From Squalus acanthias (taxonomy: Eukaryota), in contig CM059431.1 in assembly GCA_030390025.1 (NCBI GenBank), positions 97,218,001 through 97,282,000 on the forward strand: a stretch of DNA of 64,000 bases. Reading direction: 5' to 3'. A program made the translations under genes and the position numbers. Positions within the stretch are counted from its first letter, which is position 1, and each line of letters opens with the position of its first letter. Of this stretch, positions 58,756 to 64,000 are shown one piece after another. Below the pieces are notes generated by a model. The model was not told where the DNA came from. It did not search any database and saw only the letters and a program-made list of their open reading frames with translations.

Positions 58756-61700
58756 CTGTTTCTCTCTCCACGGATGCTGCCTGGCCTGCTGAGTTCTTCC
58801 AGCGTTTTCTGTTGTTCTTACAGACTCACACCTGGCCTTACAGACTCACACCTGGCCTTACAGACTCACACCTGGCCTTACAGACTCACACCTGGCCTTA
58901 CAGACTCACACCTGGCCTTACATATCCACACCTGGCCTTACAGACTCACACCTGGCCTTACAGACTCACACCTGGCCTTACAGACTCACACCTGGCCTTA
59001 CACACTCACACCTGGCCTTACACACTCACACCTGGCCTTACACACTCACACCTGGCCTTACACTCTCACACCTGGCCTTACACACTCACACCAAGCCTTA
59101 CACATCCACACCTGGCCTTACACATCCACACCTGGCCTTACACACTCACACCTGGTCTTACACACTCACACCTGACCCTCACACCCACTCCGGGCCCTCA
59201 CACCCACAGCTGGCCTTACACACGCACACCTGGTCTTATACATCCACACCTGGCCATACACACCCAAACCTAGCCTTACACACCTACACCTGGCCCTCAC
59301 ACCTACACCTCGACTCACACACTCACATCTGGCCCTCAGACACACACCTGGCCTTACACACCCACATCTGGCCTTACACACACACCTGGCCTTACACATC
59401 CACACCTGGCATTACACCCCCACACCTGGCCTTACACATCCACACCTGGCTGTACACACCCACACCTGGCCGTACACACCCGCACCTGGCCCTCACACCC
59501 ACACCTGGCCTTACACACGCACACCTGGCCTTACACACGCACACCTGGCCTTACACACGCACACCTGGCCTTACACACGCCCACCTGGCCTTACACACCC
59601 ACACCCGGCCTTACACACCCACACCCGGCCTTACACACCCACACCCGGCCTTACACACCCACACCCGGCCTTACACACCCACACCCGGCCTTACACACCC
59701 ACACCCGGCCTTACACACCCACACCCGGCCTTACACACCCACACCCGGCCTTACACACCCACACCCGGCCTTACACACCCACACCCGGCCTTACACACCC
59801 ACACCCGGCCTTACACACCCACACCCGGCCTTACACACCCACACCCGGCCTTACACACCCACACCCGGCCTTACACACCCACACCCGGCCTTACACACCC
59901 ACACCCGGCCTTACACACCCACACCCGGCCTTACACACCCACACCCGGCCTTACACACCCACACCCGGCCTTACACACCCACACCCGGCCTTACACACCC
60001 ACACCCGGCCTTACACACCCACACCCGGCCTTACACACCCACACCCGGCCTTACACACCCACACCCGGCCTTACACACCCACACCCGGCCTTACACACCC
60101 ACACCCGGCCTTACACACCCACACCCGGCCTTACACACCCACACCCGGCCTTACACACCCACACCCGGCCTTACACACCCACACCCGGCCCTCACACCCA
60201 CACCCGGCCCTCACACCCACATCTGGCCTTACTCACCCACACCTGGCCCTCAGACCCAAAACTGGTCTTACACACCCACACCTGGACATACACACCCACA
60301 ACTGACCTTACACACCCACACCAGTCCATACACACACACCTGGCCCTCATACCCACACCTGACCATGCAACTCACACCTGGCCTTCAGACACATACCTGG
60401 CCTTACACACCCACACCTGTCCCTCAATCACACACCTGGCCTCACACACTCATGCCTGGCTCTCTCACCCACAGCTGACCTTACACACTCACACCTGGTC
60501 TTATGCATCCACACCTGGCCCTCACAACCACACCTGGCCTCGCACACTCACACCTGGCCCTCAGACACACACCTGACCTTACACACCCACACCTGGCCCT
60601 CAAACACACACCTGGCCTTACACACCCATACCTGGCCTTACACACCTACACCTGGCCTTACACACCCACACCTGGCCTTACACACCTACACCTGGCCTTA
60701 CACACCCACACCTGGCCCTCACACCCACACCTGGCCATGCAACTCACACCTGGCCTTCAGACACACACCTGGCCTTACACACTCACACCTGGCCCTCACA
60801 CACACACCTGGCCTTACACAAACACACCTGGCCCTCACACCCACATCTGGCTTTACACACTCACATCTGGCTGTACAAAACCACACCTGGCCTTACACAC
60901 TCACACCTGGCCTTACACATCCACAGCTGGCCTTACACACCCACACCTAACCTTACACACCCACACCTGGTTCTCACACTCACACCTGGCATTACACACC
61001 CACACCTGGCCTTACAGACTCACACCTGGCCCTTTCACCCACACCTGGCTTTACACACTCACACCTGGCCATCACACCACACCTGGCCTTACACACCCAA
61101 ACCTAGCCTTACACACCCACACGTGGCCCTCAGACCCAAAACTGGCCTTACACACCCACACGTGGCCTCGCACACTCACACCTGGCCCTCAGACACACAC
61201 CTGACCTTACACCCCACACCTGGCCCTGCACATCTACACCTGGACTTACACACCCACACCTGGCAGTACATAACCACAACTGGACTAAAACACCCACACC
61301 TGGCCCTCACACCAACACCTGGCCTCGCACACTCACACCTGGCCCTTTCACCCACACCTGGCTTTACACACTCACACCTGGCCATCACACCACACCTGGC
61401 CTCGCACACTCACATCTGGCCCTCAGACACACACCTGGCCGTACACAGCGACATCTGGCCCTCAGACACACACTTGGCCGTACACAGCGACATTTGGCCC
61501 TTTCACCCACACCTGGCTTTACACACTCACACCTGGCCATCACACCACACCTGGCCTCGCACACTCACATCTGGCCCTCAGACACACACCTGGCCATACA
61601 CAGCGACATCTGGCCCTCAGACACACACCTGGCCGTACACAGCGACATCTGGCCCTTTCACCCACACCTGGCTTTACACACTCACACCTGGCCATCACAC

Positions 61701-63013
61701 CACACCTGGCCTCGCACACTCACATCTGGCCCTCAGACACACACCTGGCCGTACACAGCGACATCTGGCCCTCAGACACACACTTGGCCGTACACAGCGA
61801 CATCTGGCCCTTTCACCCACACCTGGCCTCGCACACTCACACCTGGCCCTCAGATACACACCTGGCCTTACACACCCACACTTGGCCGTACACAACCACA
61901 CATGGCCTTACACACCCATACCTGACCTTACACACCCACACCTGTCCTTACACACCCACACCTGGCATTACATACCCACACCTGGCCGTACCAACCACAC
62001 CTGGCCTTACACACCCACACCTGGTTGTACCAACCACACCTGGCCTTACACATCCACACCTGGCTGTACACATCCAGACCTGGCCTTATACACCCACACC
62101 TGGCCATACAGATCCACACCTGGCTGTACAGGCCCATACCTGACCATACACTCCCACACCTGGTTTTATACACACCCACACCTGACTTTGCACATGCACA
62201 CCTGGCCTTACACACCCACACCTGGCCTTACACACCCACACCTGGCCCTCACACCCACACCTGGCCTTACACACCCACACCTGGCCCCCTGGCCCACACC
62301 TGGCCTTACACGCCCACACCTGGCCCTCTGACCCACACCTGGTCTTACACACCCACACCTGGCCCTCTGACCCACACCTGGCCTTACACACCCACACCTG
62401 GTCCACACACCCACACCTGGCCTCTTGTCTGTACTTCCGACGGTAATCTCTTCTTTCCGCTGTCAAAGAGATTCTGAATTTTTGAGCACATTAAATGTAG
62501 TATAAAGTATTACCTGTGGAATATTTTATAGAAGATATTAAATACAAATAAAATCCAATGGGAACCAGCCTAAAGAAGCTAAAGGGAACTGAGTGGAAAT
62601 TCTGCAGTGTTTATCTGAAGCCGATGAGTTCTGATTAGAGGCAGTCTGGTGGGTGTCCAATGACAGACGTGTGTCTGCTGGTTCTCAGTGAATAAGAAGC
62701 CGGCTGGTTGGCTGAGACGCACAACCACCACTGTCTGTGTTACAGTCAGAACAAAAAATAATATCTCTTCAAGAACTGATACCCCCTTGGCTGCTCCAGC
62801 TATTGTGACCGTTTCAGAAGAAACATCAAACTTAAGATGGAATCTGATTCAAATACATCAGCTTTAAACGTGATTCAGACTGAATCTGGCAGTCTAAAAT
62901 GATTTAATTCTCTCAGGGAAAATGATCTTGAGATGTTAGAGCAAAATTATATTGTTACATCTGCACACAGCACTCAATTTTTATTTAGCAGTGTCTACAC
63001 ACCGAATCCCCAC

Positions 63014-64000
63014 TTAGAAAGGAGCAGGAGTAGGCCATTCGGCCCCTCGAGCCTGCTCCGCCATTCAATAAGATCATGGCTGATCTTTTACCTCAACTCC
63101 ACTTTCCTGCACTATCCCCATATCCCTTGATTCCCTTAATATTCAAAAATCTATCGATCTCTGTCTTGAATATACTCAACGACTGAGCCTCTACAGCCCT
63201 CTGCGGTAGAGAATTTCAAAGATTCACCACCCTCTGAGTGAAGAAATTTCTCCTCATCTCAATCCTAAATGGCCGACCCCTTATTCTGAGACTGTGACCC
63301 CAGAGAATATAGGCCTAGTCTACTCAATCTCTCCTCATAGGACAATCCCCCCATCCCAGGAACTAGTCTGGTGAATCTTTGTTGCACTCCCTCTATGGCA
63401 AGTATATCCTTCCTTAGGTAAGGAGACCAAAACTGTACACAATACTCCAGGTGTGGTCTCACCAGGGCCCTATATAATTGCAGTAAGACGTCTTTACTCT
63501 TATACTCAAATCCTCTTGTAATAAAGGCCAACATACCATTTGTTTTCCTAATTGCTTGCTGTACTTTCAGTGATTCGTGTACAAGGACACCCAGGTCCCT
63601 CTGAACACCAACATTTCCAAAACTCTCACCATTTAAAAAATACTCTCTTTTCTATTTTTCCTACCAAAGTGGATAACTTCACATTTCTCCACATTATATT
63701 CCATTTGCCATGTTCTTGCCCACTCACTATATCCCCTTGAAGCCTCTTTGCATCCTCCTCACAACTTACATTCCCACCTAGCTTTGTATCATCAGCAAGC
63801 TTGGATATATTACATTTGGTCCCCTCATCCAAATCATTGATACAGATGGTGAATAGCTGAGGCCCAAGCACTGATCCTTGTGGTACCCCACTAGTTACAG
63901 CCTGCCAACCCGAAAATGACCCGTTTATTCCTACTCTCTGTTTTCTATCCGTTAACCAATCCTCAATCCATGCTAGTATATTACCCCAATCCCATGAGCC
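63014..64000 (-). mobile_element. CR1 RT/3' portion, cut by the window end
   Basis: [33 protein letters not shown] and the 3' module. Confidence 0.92.

Larger units (their letters stand above)
56825..58817 (-). mobile_element. 5'-truncated Penelope-like retroelement with inverted pLTR
   Basis: Partial RT plus GIY-YIG ORF; ~375-bp inverted arms 56861-57239 / 58442-58816; 36-bp one-sided extension; 12-bp direct flank TTACAGACTCAC. Confidence 0.93.
56380..62422. repeat. ~4-kb 20-bp minisatellite (CACACCTGGCCTTACACACY), split by a Penelope insertion
   Basis: Directly visible. Perfect block 59601-60190; 155-bp higher-order repeat at ~61300-61850. Confidence 0.97.

Noticed and set aside
56247..62477. 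Long His/Thr/Pro-rich and Cys/Val/Gly-rich ORFs
   Set aside because: Translations of the 20-bp minisatellite, open in several frames on both strands.

Overview
Eukaryotic, transposon-dense genomic DNA. It is most likely from a cartilaginous fish (shark), inferred from the repeat families: HE1-like V-SINE, Deu-core tRNA-SINE, abundant CR1 LINEs and Penelope pLTRs. I can support no host protein-coding exon; every long ORF is a retroelement remnant or a minisatellite artefact. Retroelements: a decayed Tx1-clade LINE (1-5281), many CR1 LINEs of several ages nested up to four levels deep, a Vingi-like LINE (22155-25903), a solo LTR (48044-49399) and tRNA-derived SINEs. Other repeats: several PIF/Harbinger-type MITEs and four minisatellite arrays. 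Penelope-like elements (PLEs) carry five minimal type I hammerhead ribozyme motifs, three intact and two with CpG-type mutations at catalytic guanines. The most notable items are a 225-bp non-coding palindromic hammerhead element with a 13-bp TSD, a Penelope copy with an inverted pLTR and a fold-back junction, an 8.9-kb nested composite inserted between two codons of an old CR1, MITE hairpins with compensatory changes, and a ~5-kb transposon-free island (34.8-39.8 kb) containing a canonical 131-bp intron flanked by apparently non-coding exons. Coordinates were read by eye and may be off by a few bases.
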